Shown here piece by piece: positions 1 through 9,009 of a stretch of 64,000 nt of DNA. The notes below the pieces were generated by a model. That model searched no databases. It was not told the origin of the DNA and worked only from the letters and a program-made list of their open reading frames with translations. The translations under genes and the position numbers were made by a program. Each line of letters starts with the position of its first letter. Positions within the stretch are counted from its first letter, which is position 1. Origin of the DNA: a virus; IMG/VR virus record IMGVR_UViG_3300005096_000058, positions 32,001 to 96,000 of that record. One strand, written 5' to 3'.

Positions 1-192
1 GGCCGGGCCCTGGTTAGCGAGGTCTGCGGTGTTTTCCCAATAGGCGCGGATGCGGGCAGCTTCTGCGGCCTCGACGTCAAACGTCGGATTATTGATTGCA
101 GCATTGGTGAACAAATCTTCAATGCGTGACGGTTGGGCCGTGAACAGATCGATGCCATTCTGGATGGCTTGGTAAATAATACGCTCAATCAC
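1..192 (-). CDS. Virion neck/tail-completion-type protein, N-terminal part (runs off the window edge)
   Basis: Hand translation from GTG at 192 (MIERIIYQAIQNGIDLF...) is open to position 1; the start overlaps the stop of 185..976. Confidence 0.6.
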   Translation of the reverse strand, partial: MIERIIYQAIQNGIDLFTAQPSRIEDLFTNAAINNPTFDVEAAEAARIRAYWENTADLANQGPA

Positions 193-976
193 CTAGGAGT
201 GCCCCAAACGCGGCCGGCGCAATTTTGTCCACAAACTTCTCGACGTCCGCCGCGAGTTCTGCGGCTTCGATGCCCGGGTGCTGCCACTTTGTGGGAACCG
301 CATCAGAGATCATGCGAAACGTCGTAAACGTGCTTTGGGCGGCCTTTGCGTACGTCTTTTCTTGGCGCACCATACCCGCGTAAATGTCGGTCGAATGCGC
401 AGGCTTCAGCTTCGGAGCCAAGCCAGCTTGTAGCCGGCCGCCGTAGTTGACCTTGCCTCCAGATTGTCCAGACGTGGGTTTGAGTTGCTTGGCTTTCGCG
501 TAAACAGCTTTGCCAAGCTTTGCTGCATTTTTGACGAGGGGGTGGCCCTCGTACGCGCGACCCATGGGCGGACCACCACCTTGCCCCGCAGTGCCAGGAG
601 TTTGGTGCCGGAAAGGGATCGCCCGATAGAAATGGCCATCAGCGGCTTGCCGTTTGCCTGACTGACCTGGGGAGGCGATCGGCACGTTTGGGCCCAGGAG
701 GGTCTCATGCATGTCGTACGGGCTTGCTCCGAGTTCGACCATGTTGGGGAACACCCCGACAAGTTCAATACTGGCTGTGAGCCCATCCACATCAATTTGC
801 TGGATGCCGTTGATGTAATCCCGTCTGGACGACGTCAACCGCTTACCCGCGAGCTGAATCCAATACGCGCGGGCGCCCGCCGCGATGTCTAACAGCACCG
901 TCTCCAACTGCCCCTCGTTGAATGAGGCCAACAAGGCTTCGTCAACGACGTCAGAAATGATGGTTACGTTGAGCAT
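185..976 (-). CDS. Putative neck/tail-completion virion protein
   Basis: 263-aa ORF tightly packed after the neck genes; call is positional. Confidence 0.55.
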   Translation of the reverse strand: MLNVTIISDVVDEALLASFNEGQLETVLLDIAAGARAYWIQLAGKRLTSSRRDYINGIQQIDVDGLTASIELVGVFPNMVELGASPYDMHETLLGPNVPIASPGQSGKRQAADGHFYRAIPFRHQTPGTAGQGGGPPMGRAYEGHPLVKNAAKLGKAVYAKAKQLKPTSGQSGGKVNYGGRLQAGLAPKLKPAHSTDIYAGMVRQEKTYAKAAQSTFTTFRMISDAVPTKWQHPGIEAAELAADVEKFVDKIAPAAFGALLGD

Positions 977-979
977 GAT

Positions 980-1825
980 TCAGCCGGGGTCTAGCGGGAG
1001 GTGTTCCAGACGGACCATGACCTGCTGAGGCAAGTGCACGATGTCGCCCTGCGGGGTTTTGGTTACAGCTTTCTTCTGCTTCACGAGGGTGGTGCGGTTG
1101 AGCTTTGAGTGCTCCATTACAACCCAAGCGGGACGGCAAAGATAGTGCAGCGAAATCTTGGTGCCGAGCGCAGGCTCCTGCCCCGTCGTCCAGACGATCT
1201 CCCCGCCGACAATGGTGAGGTCGGTGTCCGAGAAAACCGTGGTGAGGGTACGCACTAAATTGATGGAAAAGATGGGGTAGCGCGTTTTCAGAATTGAAGT
1301 GCCGTCAGCTTCGAGCACCTCGCTGTAAACCATGGTGTCGTCAAGAGCGATCAGCCGATCGTAATAGCCGAGCTTGTTCCCTTGGCGCACCGTGCACGAA
1401 GCAGAACCAAACGCCCACTGGCCCAGCACGGTATAGATGTCAGGTTGGCTCAAGGCGTTGACCATCAGCGTCTTGATCACCACCGCATTGGCCTTGTCGA
1501 TGATCGCGCACTGCGCGTCGTCGAGGGTACCAATGAGCGCGCTGTCTGCGGTGTATTCGTGTGGCTTGAAGTACAACCAGCCGAGGCCGTTGCAAAGGGT
1601 GCATTGCGGATCGGGTTGTCTGGACTGCGGGTTAGGTCCGGTGCAGGGGCAGAGGGCGGCCCGAGCCCAGGCAAACCTAGGACACTTGGTTTCTATGAGC
1701 AGATCGAAAGCTGTGTCGTTGACGCTGTTTAACGTCTTGAAGTCGACACGTTGTCCCCCCTCTTTCACGTTGGAGGGCAGGCCGATCACGCCCGAGCCTA
1801 GGAAGCCACCACCGACGTCACTCAT
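980..1825 (-). CDS. Putative head-closure/neck protein
   Basis: CPC...CTLCNGLGW Cys motif and GYYDRL segment as in myovirus neck proteins; follows the adaptor gene. Confidence 0.6.
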   Translation of the reverse strand: MSDVGGGFLGSGVIGLPSNVKEGGQRVDFKTLNSVNDTAFDLLIETKCPRFAWARAALCPCTGPNPQSRQPDPQCTLCNGLGWLYFKPHEYTADSALIGTLDDAQCAIIDKANAVVIKTLMVNALSQPDIYTVLGQWAFGSASCTVRQGNKLGYYDRLIALDDTMVYSEVLEADGTSILKTRYPIFSINLVRTLTTVFSDTDLTIVGGEIVWTTGQEPALGTKISLHYLCRPAWVVMEHSKLNRTTLVKQKKAVTKTPQGDIVHLPQQVMVRLEHLPLDPG

Positions 1826-2886
1826 GCGACACGGAACCTCAACCCCTTGTAGTACCGGATGAGTTCAGGGTACTGGTCTTTCAATTCCTTCGTGTATTGG
1901 ATGATCCGCGCGCCGAAACCTGCGTTTGTCGCGGAGCTCGTCGTGTTGAATGACTGGGAGAGGCCGTCTAACGAAATCGACTGGCTCGCGATGCCCGCGC
2001 CTCCGAGCAGGTCGCCACCAATGTTGAGCGGACCAAAGCTCGCCTCTTTGCCGATGACGTCTTTGATGTTTTGGGGCAGCGGGTTGTTGGCCCCGAAGCC
2101 CGCAAAATACGTGATCCTGAACGCATTGGGGATGAACTTTGACGATCGAAACCCGCGGAGCATCCCGGCCGCACGTGAGCCGCTGAAGACAATCCCCGAA
2201 GAGGTGTCTGGAAGTAAATGCAGCTGACCAAAGTCCTCCTGCACCTGCAGCCACGACGTAGGGAACGCTTGTGGATCCTGCCCAGGCACCACCAACTCCA
2301 CCACGGGAAGCGTGGCGGGGTCCGACTCGTCGTTGATGATCGGAAATTCATCCGTGAGGAAGAACATGAACGTCTCAGCGTCTTCTCTGATCCAATCATG
2401 CTTCTCGACAAAGCGCTGTGGGCAAACTCGGAGGCTCACCTTCTGCTCAAACTTTGCGATCGCGCTCTGGATGTAGTGCGCGTACACCCTGTCTGGAAGA
2501 GGTACGCCCTGATCGTTGGAGAGGGCGTCCCCGAGGCCGTACAAATAAATGTCCTTGAGTTCGTTCACCGTCATTATTTTTTCAAAGGTGGCGTCAACAG
2601 CCGGCGTGATCCCAAAGCGCACATCGACGGGTGTGCCGGGAGTCGCGCTGTTCTGGAGGACAGGCTCATACTCCCAACTTTTCTCAGCGAGTTCGTCGAG
2701 GAAGAAGTAGTTGTAAACTCCAAGCTGAATCGTGATCGGCGTGGGCTTGGTGACCGGCGCAAAGCTGAGTGTGGTCTTCTTGCGGCGCTCCAGACGCACG
2801 GTGTCGTAGCCGGCGTCGATCAAACTCTTCGGGTCGGGGATGAATATGAAGATCTTTGCGGGGTATGTCTGGACGTGTGCGGACAT
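1822..2886 (-). CDS. Putative head-tail adaptor/neck protein
   Basis: C-terminal GIASQSISLDGLSQS...GFGARI resembles head-completion adaptors; ATG at 2886 overlaps the upstream stop (TGATG). Confidence 0.6.
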   Translation of the reverse strand: MSAHVQTYPAKIFIFIPDPKSLIDAGYDTVRLERRKKTTLSFAPVTKPTPITIQLGVYNYFFLDELAEKSWEYEPVLQNSATPGTPVDVRFGITPAVDATFEKIMTVNELKDIYLYGLGDALSNDQGVPLPDRVYAHYIQSAIAKFEQKVSLRVCPQRFVEKHDWIREDAETFMFFLTDEFPIINDESDPATLPVVELVVPGQDPQAFPTSWLQVQEDFGQLHLLPDTSSGIVFSGSRAAGMLRGFRSSKFIPNAFRITYFAGFGANNPLPQNIKDVIGKEASFGPLNIGGDLLGGAGIASQSISLDGLSQSFNTTSSATNAGFGARIIQYTKELKDQYPELIRYYKGLRFRVA

Positions 2887-3587
2887 CAGTTCAACACCTG
2901 CCCATGCACGAGACAAATGTCGCCGCGCGCACCCGTGAAGCTGCGTCCACGGCGGATTTCAAAGGCGATGTTAGCCTCATTCACCCAATTGGCGTGGTGT
3001 ACGGTGACGTTGTTGTCGTCGGTGACGGACTGGATCACAGCCGGTTTGGCGTCGTTGATCCCTCCGAGAGGCTGCAAGACGTCCCCTACGCGAGCCTGGG
3101 CAAATGTGGTGCCCGCACCAACAACGGTCTTGGCGCCGGCCACCAAGGACAGCGTGCCGCCTTGTGCACCTGACCGAATAAAGTCTTGGCGGGTCACCTC
3201 AAGGTCGTGCGGGTAGCGAACTGGATCAGTGTGTGTGCCCGCATCGAAATCGGTGGTGTCACCTTTGTCGATGTAGATCACGCCCTGACCTTCTGTGGTA
3301 GGCGCCGTCTGGTCGAGGAAAACGACATCCTCGGGGTCGGACGAATCTTTGTAGATTAACGCGGCGGCGGGGGGGTCGTCTGGATCTTCTTTTGCTGCGA
3401 ATCTGACAATGGCGTTGCGGTTGGGGGTGCCATCAACAGCTTGGTCCAGACGCACCGTCTGAAGAGCAGGGGGGGCCGTGACTGACAGCGGGTCCGGTTC
3501 TCTGACCGTGAACAAAATCTCGTCGGAGTCCTCACGCACGAGGGTGATGTCTGTGACCGTGGGGGTCGTTGTCGTGGTCGCAGCCAT
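2886..3587 (-). CDS. Ig/BppU-like virion protein with a fibre-type insert
   Basis: DITLVREDS...GVIYIDKGDT...YPHDLEV pattern plus GTLSLVAGAKTVVGAGTTF fibre-like motif. Confidence 0.45.
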   Translation of the reverse strand: MAATTTTTPTVTDITLVREDSDEILFTVREPDPLSVTAPPALQTVRLDQAVDGTPNRNAIVRFAAKEDPDDPPAAALIYKDSSDPEDVVFLDQTAPTTEGQGVIYIDKGDTTDFDAGTHTDPVRYPHDLEVTRQDFIRSGAQGGTLSLVAGAKTVVGAGTTFAQARVGDVLQPLGGINDAKPAVIQSVTDDNNVTVHHANWVNEANIAFEIRRGRSFTGARGDICLVHGQVLN

Positions 3588-3600
3588 CTCTAAAACCTCC

Positions 3601-4416
3601 TCAGCGCAGGAACGCTGCGATCTTCGCTAGGCCTTTCGCCATCCCGCGCTCACCTTCGGCCACCATGTCATCCACGTCTTCTGCCGTCATCCCAAACTCA
3701 AGACCGCTGTGTTTGGTCTTGAGGTACACCACGCGTGCGAAAGCGGCGTCCTCGATGTGCTCCCGGTCAGCGGCGTTGATCATGTCCTCCATCGTGCCCG
3801 ACACACGCACGAGCTTGTTCTTGGGCTTGGGACGCGGATCGCCCTCGCCTGGTGAAAGGAGGCTCAACCCGATCACGGGCGTCTGTTTAGAGCTACGCAT
3901 GATCCAACCTTCATAATCCAGAAGAAAGTTTCCAGACACGCCCCCATCTTCGTAATAGTCCCCGTTGATCTGCACCATGTCGAAAATGGGAAGCGACATG
4001 GATGCGCGAACATGCAGCGGTAGGTCCCCTGAAATCCAGACGCGGTTTTCACCTCGGGTCCAATTGTGTGTGCTGATGTGCAGAGGAAGGGACGCGTCCT
4101 GGTAGCTCTTGGGTAAATTGTCCCGGGCGAATTTGAGCAACAAATCACCCTTGATCACCCCTGAGGTGCCATCAACAAACGGCCAGAATGGGAAGGCCCG
4201 TGGGTCGAGCATTGTGCTGGGTAACGCCGTCCTAGTCAGCTCGTGCAGCCGGTCCAGCGGTTGACCACTTGCGAGCATCCCGGCCGCGATCGCGCCAGCC
4301 GAAGTGCCTAACGCCTCTTCGATCTTGAAGCCGCTCTTTGCGAGTTCCTTGAACGCACCGATATAGACGGGGTAGCGGGTACCCCCACCACGGAGGACGA
4401 TCTTGATGCTTGGCAT
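3601..4416 (-). CDS. Patatin-like phospholipase
   Basis: GGGTR oxyanion loop, GTSAG nucleophile elbow and catalytic DGG all present in order. Confidence 0.92.
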   Translation of the reverse strand: MPSIKIVLRGGGTRYPVYIGAFKELAKSGFKIEEALGTSAGAIAAGMLASGQPLDRLHELTRTALPSTMLDPRAFPFWPFVDGTSGVIKGDLLLKFARDNLPKSYQDASLPLHISTHNWTRGENRVWISGDLPLHVRASMSLPIFDMVQINGDYYEDGGVSGNFLLDYEGWIMRSSKQTPVIGLSLLSPGEGDPRPKPKNKLVRVSGTMEDMINAADREHIEDAAFARVVYLKTKHSGLEFGMTAEDVDDMVAEGERGMAKGLAKIAAFLR

Positions 4417-4653
4417 TTAGGCCGCCTGTGCGCGGATAAAGTCAACAAGTTGGCGCGCGTGAGGAAGGCTGACGCCCTCAATAGGAAAGTCGTCGTCCGG
4501 TCGTGCCTCGACCGCGTCGGCGAGCGCGATAAGATCCACCGCGTCACTCTCAGCAGCCACGTCCATACCCGCAATTGGGTTGAGGCGACGGCAGGCCGCG
4601 TTGATCAATTTCGTGAGCGTAGGATCGAAAACATTTTTCATGACGAGAAACAT
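4417..4653 (-). CDS. Hypothetical protein
   Basis: 78-aa ORF whose stop abuts the patatin ATG. Confidence 0.55.
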   Translation of the reverse strand: MFLVMKNVFDPTLTKLINAACRRLNPIAGMDVAAESDAVDLIALADAVEARPDDDFPIEGVSLPHARQLVDFIRAQAA

Positions 4654-5894
4654 CCTTGCGGCGTGGCCGCTCCGAGATCGTTCGTGCCGGCTGCCGCGAG
4701 GAGCATGGTTGTGCCTGGGTTTGCGCCAACGACGATTTCAGATCCGGCCGGCGTGACCAATGCCCAGCGCGCCGACAGAATTTCACTCATCCTCCCGCCG
4801 TCCACAAGTTCGACAAGGTTTCCCGTGACTGAACCAAGCATGCCGACCGTAGGGCTCAAGCTGTCAACGACGTGGCCCTTGGTTCGGATCATGCGCACGC
4901 CATTTGCAGAAATGCCATTCCCGCCGATACCAACTGTTGTATTTGGTCCGCAATCAAGGCCCACACCAATGTCAATATCGACTTGGTTGAAGAATCGGAT
5001 ATTGGTGTTTGGCTGAATGATGACTGTGTTGTCGAGCAACGATCGGGCGATGTTCGGATAGTTTGATCCGCCGACCAAGAAATTATTTGAAAACGAGGCA
5101 CCAAGGTGAAAGCCGAAGATGTCGCAGTCGACTGTTGTGAAAGAGCCATTTAGCGGTCCATCGTAGTAACCGCCTAACGAGCACTTTTCAAAGCGCCAAT
5201 TGCCCGTAGAATAAACACCGCCATCGAATGCAAGCCCACTAATCCTCGACGACGCGTCAACTGTTTTGATGAAGCCGAAATAATTTGGACCGCCGAGAAT
5301 GCCAGGATTCGTTTCTATCGATCCCCCTATGTAATCTGCGGGAATGCTCAATTGCGTCACATGGGCGTAGACGGCCGTAGGAACCGACACAGTCGTGCCC
5401 GCGACGAGAGTCAAAGACGGCCCGATTGAGCCCTTGCAGATAGCTGGGAACGACTGGACGGTGAACCCGAATGCGGAAAGATCGATGTCGGCCCAATGCG
5501 TCCCATCAATAAAATCAGGATGCGCACCAAAGTTTGGATCGGTGTGTTGGGCATGTCGGTCAGGCTCAACCGTGAAGGATGGCACCGCGTTAGTGACCAC
5601 TGGCGTCGATCGATCTGCGTAGACGGCGAGCACGCCTCCGACACCAGACTTGGGGTGGTGCACGGGAAGCGTGTACGGACCGGCGCCAACGCATTGAATT
5701 TCATAGAGCCCAACGTAGTTTTCAGGCACGCGGTCGACGGCTTCTTTCAGAGTCACGAGCGGCGTTGCAATGTCGCCGACTGCGGCGTCGCTGCCCGTCG
5801 CCGCATCGACGTACTGCCGTGTGGTGGTCGCGCGGTAGAGCGGGCGCAGTTGCGCCGGGTCTCTGATCGATCCGTTTGCAATTAGCATCGCCAC
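4638..5894 (-). CDS. Putative fibre/spike protein (beta-helix-like), partial paralogue of 5896..8184
   Basis: YVDAATGSD...PLVTLKEAV tailspike-like N-terminus; GTG start at 5894 with the same TAACGTGGC junction as the upstream gene. Confidence 0.6.
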   Translation of the reverse strand: MAMLIANGSIRDPAQLRPLYRATTTRQYVDAATGSDAAVGDIATPLVTLKEAVDRVPENYVGLYEIQCVGAGPYTLPVHHPKSGVGGVLAVYADRSTPVVTNAVPSFTVEPDRHAQHTDPNFGAHPDFIDGTHWADIDLSAFGFTVQSFPAICKGSIGPSLTLVAGTTVSVPTAVYAHVTQLSIPADYIGGSIETNPGILGGPNYFGFIKTVDASSRISGLAFDGGVYSTGNWRFEKCSLGGYYDGPLNGSFTTVDCDIFGFHLGASFSNNFLVGGSNYPNIARSLLDNTVIIQPNTNIRFFNQVDIDIGVGLDCGPNTTVGIGGNGISANGVRMIRTKGHVVDSLSPTVGMLGSVTGNLVELVDGGRMSEILSARWALVTPAGSEIVVGANPGTTMLLAAAGTNDLGAATPQGCFSS

Positions 5895-5895
5895 G

Positions 5896-8184
5896 TTAAG
5901 ACCCCATGAACGAGCCGGTGTCGAGGCTGAAGACGCCTGCAACCGAATCAAGGTAGGTGAGGGGGGCACCGTCCAACAAGACTTCATCGCCCGTTGCGGC
6001 CAAAGTCCCCTCGCAAGCGTCGTCGGCGTTGATCAAGCTGCTGCCGTTCTGAAGAACGAAGGCGTCGACGACGGTGCCGGTGACGGTTGCGCCCGGATCG
6101 AAGAATACGGCGATGCCTGGTAGGTAATCGAGCCCAACCGAAGGTGCCACGAAGGCTGTGGCTTGAGTTCCCAGGGTGTAGTCCGAGTTCGCCAGGTTGA
6201 TAGAGTTTTCCCCGGCGTATCTAAAACACGCACCCCCGACGACACGGAAATCCATATCACCAACAAATCCGAGCAGGCATCCGTAATCCAATGTAACGGG
6301 TACCTCACAAAAATTATTGCCTATGCGACCAGGACCGCGAACTTGTACCGTTCCCCCCGCGGCGTGAAGACCCTCGATCCGCGCCACCTCGCCAGAAATC
6401 TTGGCCGATGAAAACGTAGCGACGATCTGGTTTGCGCCTGTGGCCCCCACGTGCCCGTGAAGCAGACAATCCTCGAAACGGCCAAACCCACGATAATCAC
6501 AGGCCAAGAATGTGACCCCGACCATTCTAGCAGTGCCAACCCCAAAGTTCGCCTCGAAACCGATGATGCGGACACCTAGCCCCCAACGGTTGGTCCTGTT
6601 TCCTCCGTCCAAATACGGGGAGTTTGGGACCGGTGGACCAACAAAGTTTAGAATTATCGTCCTTGGGTACACCGACGCAGTCCCGCCAAAAAGCGCAAAG
6701 CGGTCCGCAATGCGTATAGCTGGTGAGACGCTTGGGATAATGTTGGGATAGTACGTCGTGTATGGCGCGCCAAAAGCAGAGACGTCCTCCTCAAGCCAAA
6801 AATCGCCGGCCGTTATACCCGCGTGCAGCCCGAAGTTCGGGTCTTCAAATTGCGTGGCGAAGTTTGGGTCAGCAACAAAAGCAGGAACCGCGTTGGTGAC
6901 CACGGGTGCGCTACGGTCGGCGATGATGTCAAGATGGCCGATACTGCCAAATTGTGGTTGAGGGAAGTTCGATCGATTGATTGCGAGCCCACTCGTGCGC
7001 ACCTCTATCACGTGGTGCCCGACAAACTGGTTAGGAATCGCGTTGATGGCGTCGTCAAGCTCTTGCTGCGTGGTGACGATTGTTAGCGAGGGCGACGCGG
7101 GCTCCGGTTGGGCCGCCAGTTGGTCAAGCGCCTCTTGCACGTTCACCGGGTCGGGGTCCGTCCAGGCGCCTGGCGTTGTAGGCGTAAAGCCCACGCGCGC
7201 AGCCAGCCCGCCGTAAAACACGTTGACCGTCCCAGCGAACAGCTGCGCTGGATCGTCGGGATTAAAACTGGCGCTTGATTCTTGCGGGAAAATGAGCAGC
7301 GTCCCGAGCCCTATTGCCGTTCTGTTCCCAAAGACCGCACCGCTGGCAATCAAGACAGTCCCCGAGGCACCGGCAGCGATCTCCCATAACGCTTGCAGTG
7401 CGTTAGCGAAATTCGTGCTGACGCCTTTCAGGAAAATTGTTTGGAACCCTGCGGTGACCTCAATAAACGGCGCGCCGCCCTCTGCCCGAACCAGACAATT
7501 GCTGAGGAAAAGTTCGTCAAAAACCGGCGAGGTCATCACTGGTGCTGTGGAAAGGCTTGTCAAGGTGAACTGCTGTCCGCTAACTCCGCTGATCCTTGGC
7601 TTATTGGAGATGGTGGCGCCATCAGCAAAATTAAGAGTCTGTGACTGTGGTGCGACCTCAATGTTGATCAACCCACCGTCAAAATCATAAGCACCCGCAG
7701 GGATCGTTGCAGCATTTCCCGTCAGCGATCCGTCGACAACGATGGTCCTTTTCCCTTCTACGTTTTGCACCGCCGCCCACAGCAACGTGAAATCCGCGTA
7801 GACGTTCGCCGCTGTCGCTCCTCCTGGGCGGAAGACGAAAGACTGGGGCTCAGGGCGGGAGGCGAGCTGATCAAGAGCCCCCTGCACATTCGTTGGGTCT
7901 GGGTCAACCCAATTCCCGGGCATCGTTGGTACATATGCAACGTCAACAGCAGCGGGGGTGGAGTCTTCGCTGTCAGGAGTCCAAACCGCTGGTCCGAGGC
8001 TGACCAACCGATAGCGGGTCAGCGTCTCGTCCACGAACACCTTCCCGCCGACGCGCACCACTTCGCCCTGTGTAGCAGGGGCCACCAGCCGGTCGCGATC
8101 TGTGAGCAGGGGGACGTGGATCACAAACGGGATTCCCGCTGAGGGGGATGTCCAACCAAACTCTTCGGGGACGGTGATAGCCAC
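5896..8184 (-). CDS. Putative fibre/spike protein with repeated NVQxALDQL linkers
   Basis: 762 aa, Gly/Ala/Phe/Val-rich; two DPDPxNVQxALDQLAxxPEP repeats. Confidence 0.65.
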   Translation of the reverse strand: MAITVPEEFGWTSPSAGIPFVIHVPLLTDRDRLVAPATQGEVVRVGGKVFVDETLTRYRLVSLGPAVWTPDSEDSTPAAVDVAYVPTMPGNWVDPDPTNVQGALDQLASRPEPQSFVFRPGGATAANVYADFTLLWAAVQNVEGKRTIVVDGSLTGNAATIPAGAYDFDGGLINIEVAPQSQTLNFADGATISNKPRISGVSGQQFTLTSLSTAPVMTSPVFDELFLSNCLVRAEGGAPFIEVTAGFQTIFLKGVSTNFANALQALWEIAAGASGTVLIASGAVFGNRTAIGLGTLLIFPQESSASFNPDDPAQLFAGTVNVFYGGLAARVGFTPTTPGAWTDPDPVNVQEALDQLAAQPEPASPSLTIVTTQQELDDAINAIPNQFVGHHVIEVRTSGLAINRSNFPQPQFGSIGHLDIIADRSAPVVTNAVPAFVADPNFATQFEDPNFGLHAGITAGDFWLEEDVSAFGAPYTTYYPNIIPSVSPAIRIADRFALFGGTASVYPRTIILNFVGPPVPNSPYLDGGNRTNRWGLGVRIIGFEANFGVGTARMVGVTFLACDYRGFGRFEDCLLHGHVGATGANQIVATFSSAKISGEVARIEGLHAAGGTVQVRGPGRIGNNFCEVPVTLDYGCLLGFVGDMDFRVVGGACFRYAGENSINLANSDYTLGTQATAFVAPSVGLDYLPGIAVFFDPGATVTGTVVDAFVLQNGSSLINADDACEGTLAATGDEVLLDGAPLTYLDSVAGVFSLDTGSFMGS

Positions 8185-8185
8185 G

Positions 8186-9004
8186 TTAAGCCAAGCCTTG
8201 GAAGGGTACGCCGCCCGGCGCTTCCTGTAAGAGGTTCGATCGCATCACACGGCAAAGCATAGTGCCGTTGGGGATGGACATCACCAAGCCCGTCTGGACT
8301 TCGGACATGCCCCCGGGAAATCCAGACGTTCCGATGATATACTGGGTTGGGACGCGGGGACCCAACGAATCGATGAACACGTGCACGAGATAGGCCCCAC
8401 CGGGCGGATTGGTGGGGTTGATGGTGAGGCTGAACGCAGCGTTGCCTGTCAATGCTGCCGTGAGTTGGTTGCCCGCGAGGACGTTGGCTTCCGTGTAAGG
8501 GCCTGGGTTGATCGTCCAGAAGACAAAATGGCGGCTTTGAAAAACCAGCGTTCTATTTGTGGAATCAGGATCGACTCCGTCCGTGGCGTCGCCTTGGAAC
8601 ACCACCTGATCAGGTGCCATCTTCTGGAAATTGTAAGGGTGGACCACCGAAAGGAACGGGGACACCATCGGGGTGGAGGGGTTACCGTCGTTGTCGCTGA
8701 TTGAGGCTGAGGTGGGAGGGCCGTTGTTGTAGCTCATACCGATCGTCGGGCTGGCGACAATGGTGCCAATCTCCACCGGGGTTGTGGGGCCCGTGATCCC
8801 CGCGATGCTGAACACACCCGGGTCAGGGCCGCAGGCGATTGCCGGCACCACCACGTCCAGATTGGACCGGGCTTGCAGCTCCACTTCCAGCACGCCTTGT
8901 GGATCGAGCTCCACTTCTAGGTTTCCCGTGACGATGATCTGCTGCGTGATCGCCCCGGATGGGGGGCAGATGGCCGCATGAGTAGATCGCGCAAGGAGGC
9001 CCAT
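8186..9004 (-). CDS. Putative virion structural protein (Ig-like)
   Basis: 272-aa beta-rich ORF inside the structural operon. Confidence 0.5.
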   Translation of the reverse strand: MGLLARSTHAAICPPSGAITQQIIVTGNLEVELDPQGVLEVELQARSNLDVVVPAIACGPDPGVFSIAGITGPTTPVEIGTIVASPTIGMSYNNGPPTSASISDNDGNPSTPMVSPFLSVVHPYNFQKMAPDQVVFQGDATDGVDPDSTNRTLVFQSRHFVFWTINPGPYTEANVLAGNQLTAALTGNAAFSLTINPTNPPGGAYLVHVFIDSLGPRVPTQYIIGTSGFPGGMSEVQTGLVMSIPNGTMLCRVMRSNLLQEAPGGVPFQGLA

Positions 9005-9009
9005 GGGAT

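Noticed and set aside
3601-4653. CBASS system built around the patatin gene
   Set aside because: No CD-NTase, Cap2 or Cap3 nearby; the neighbours are virion genes.
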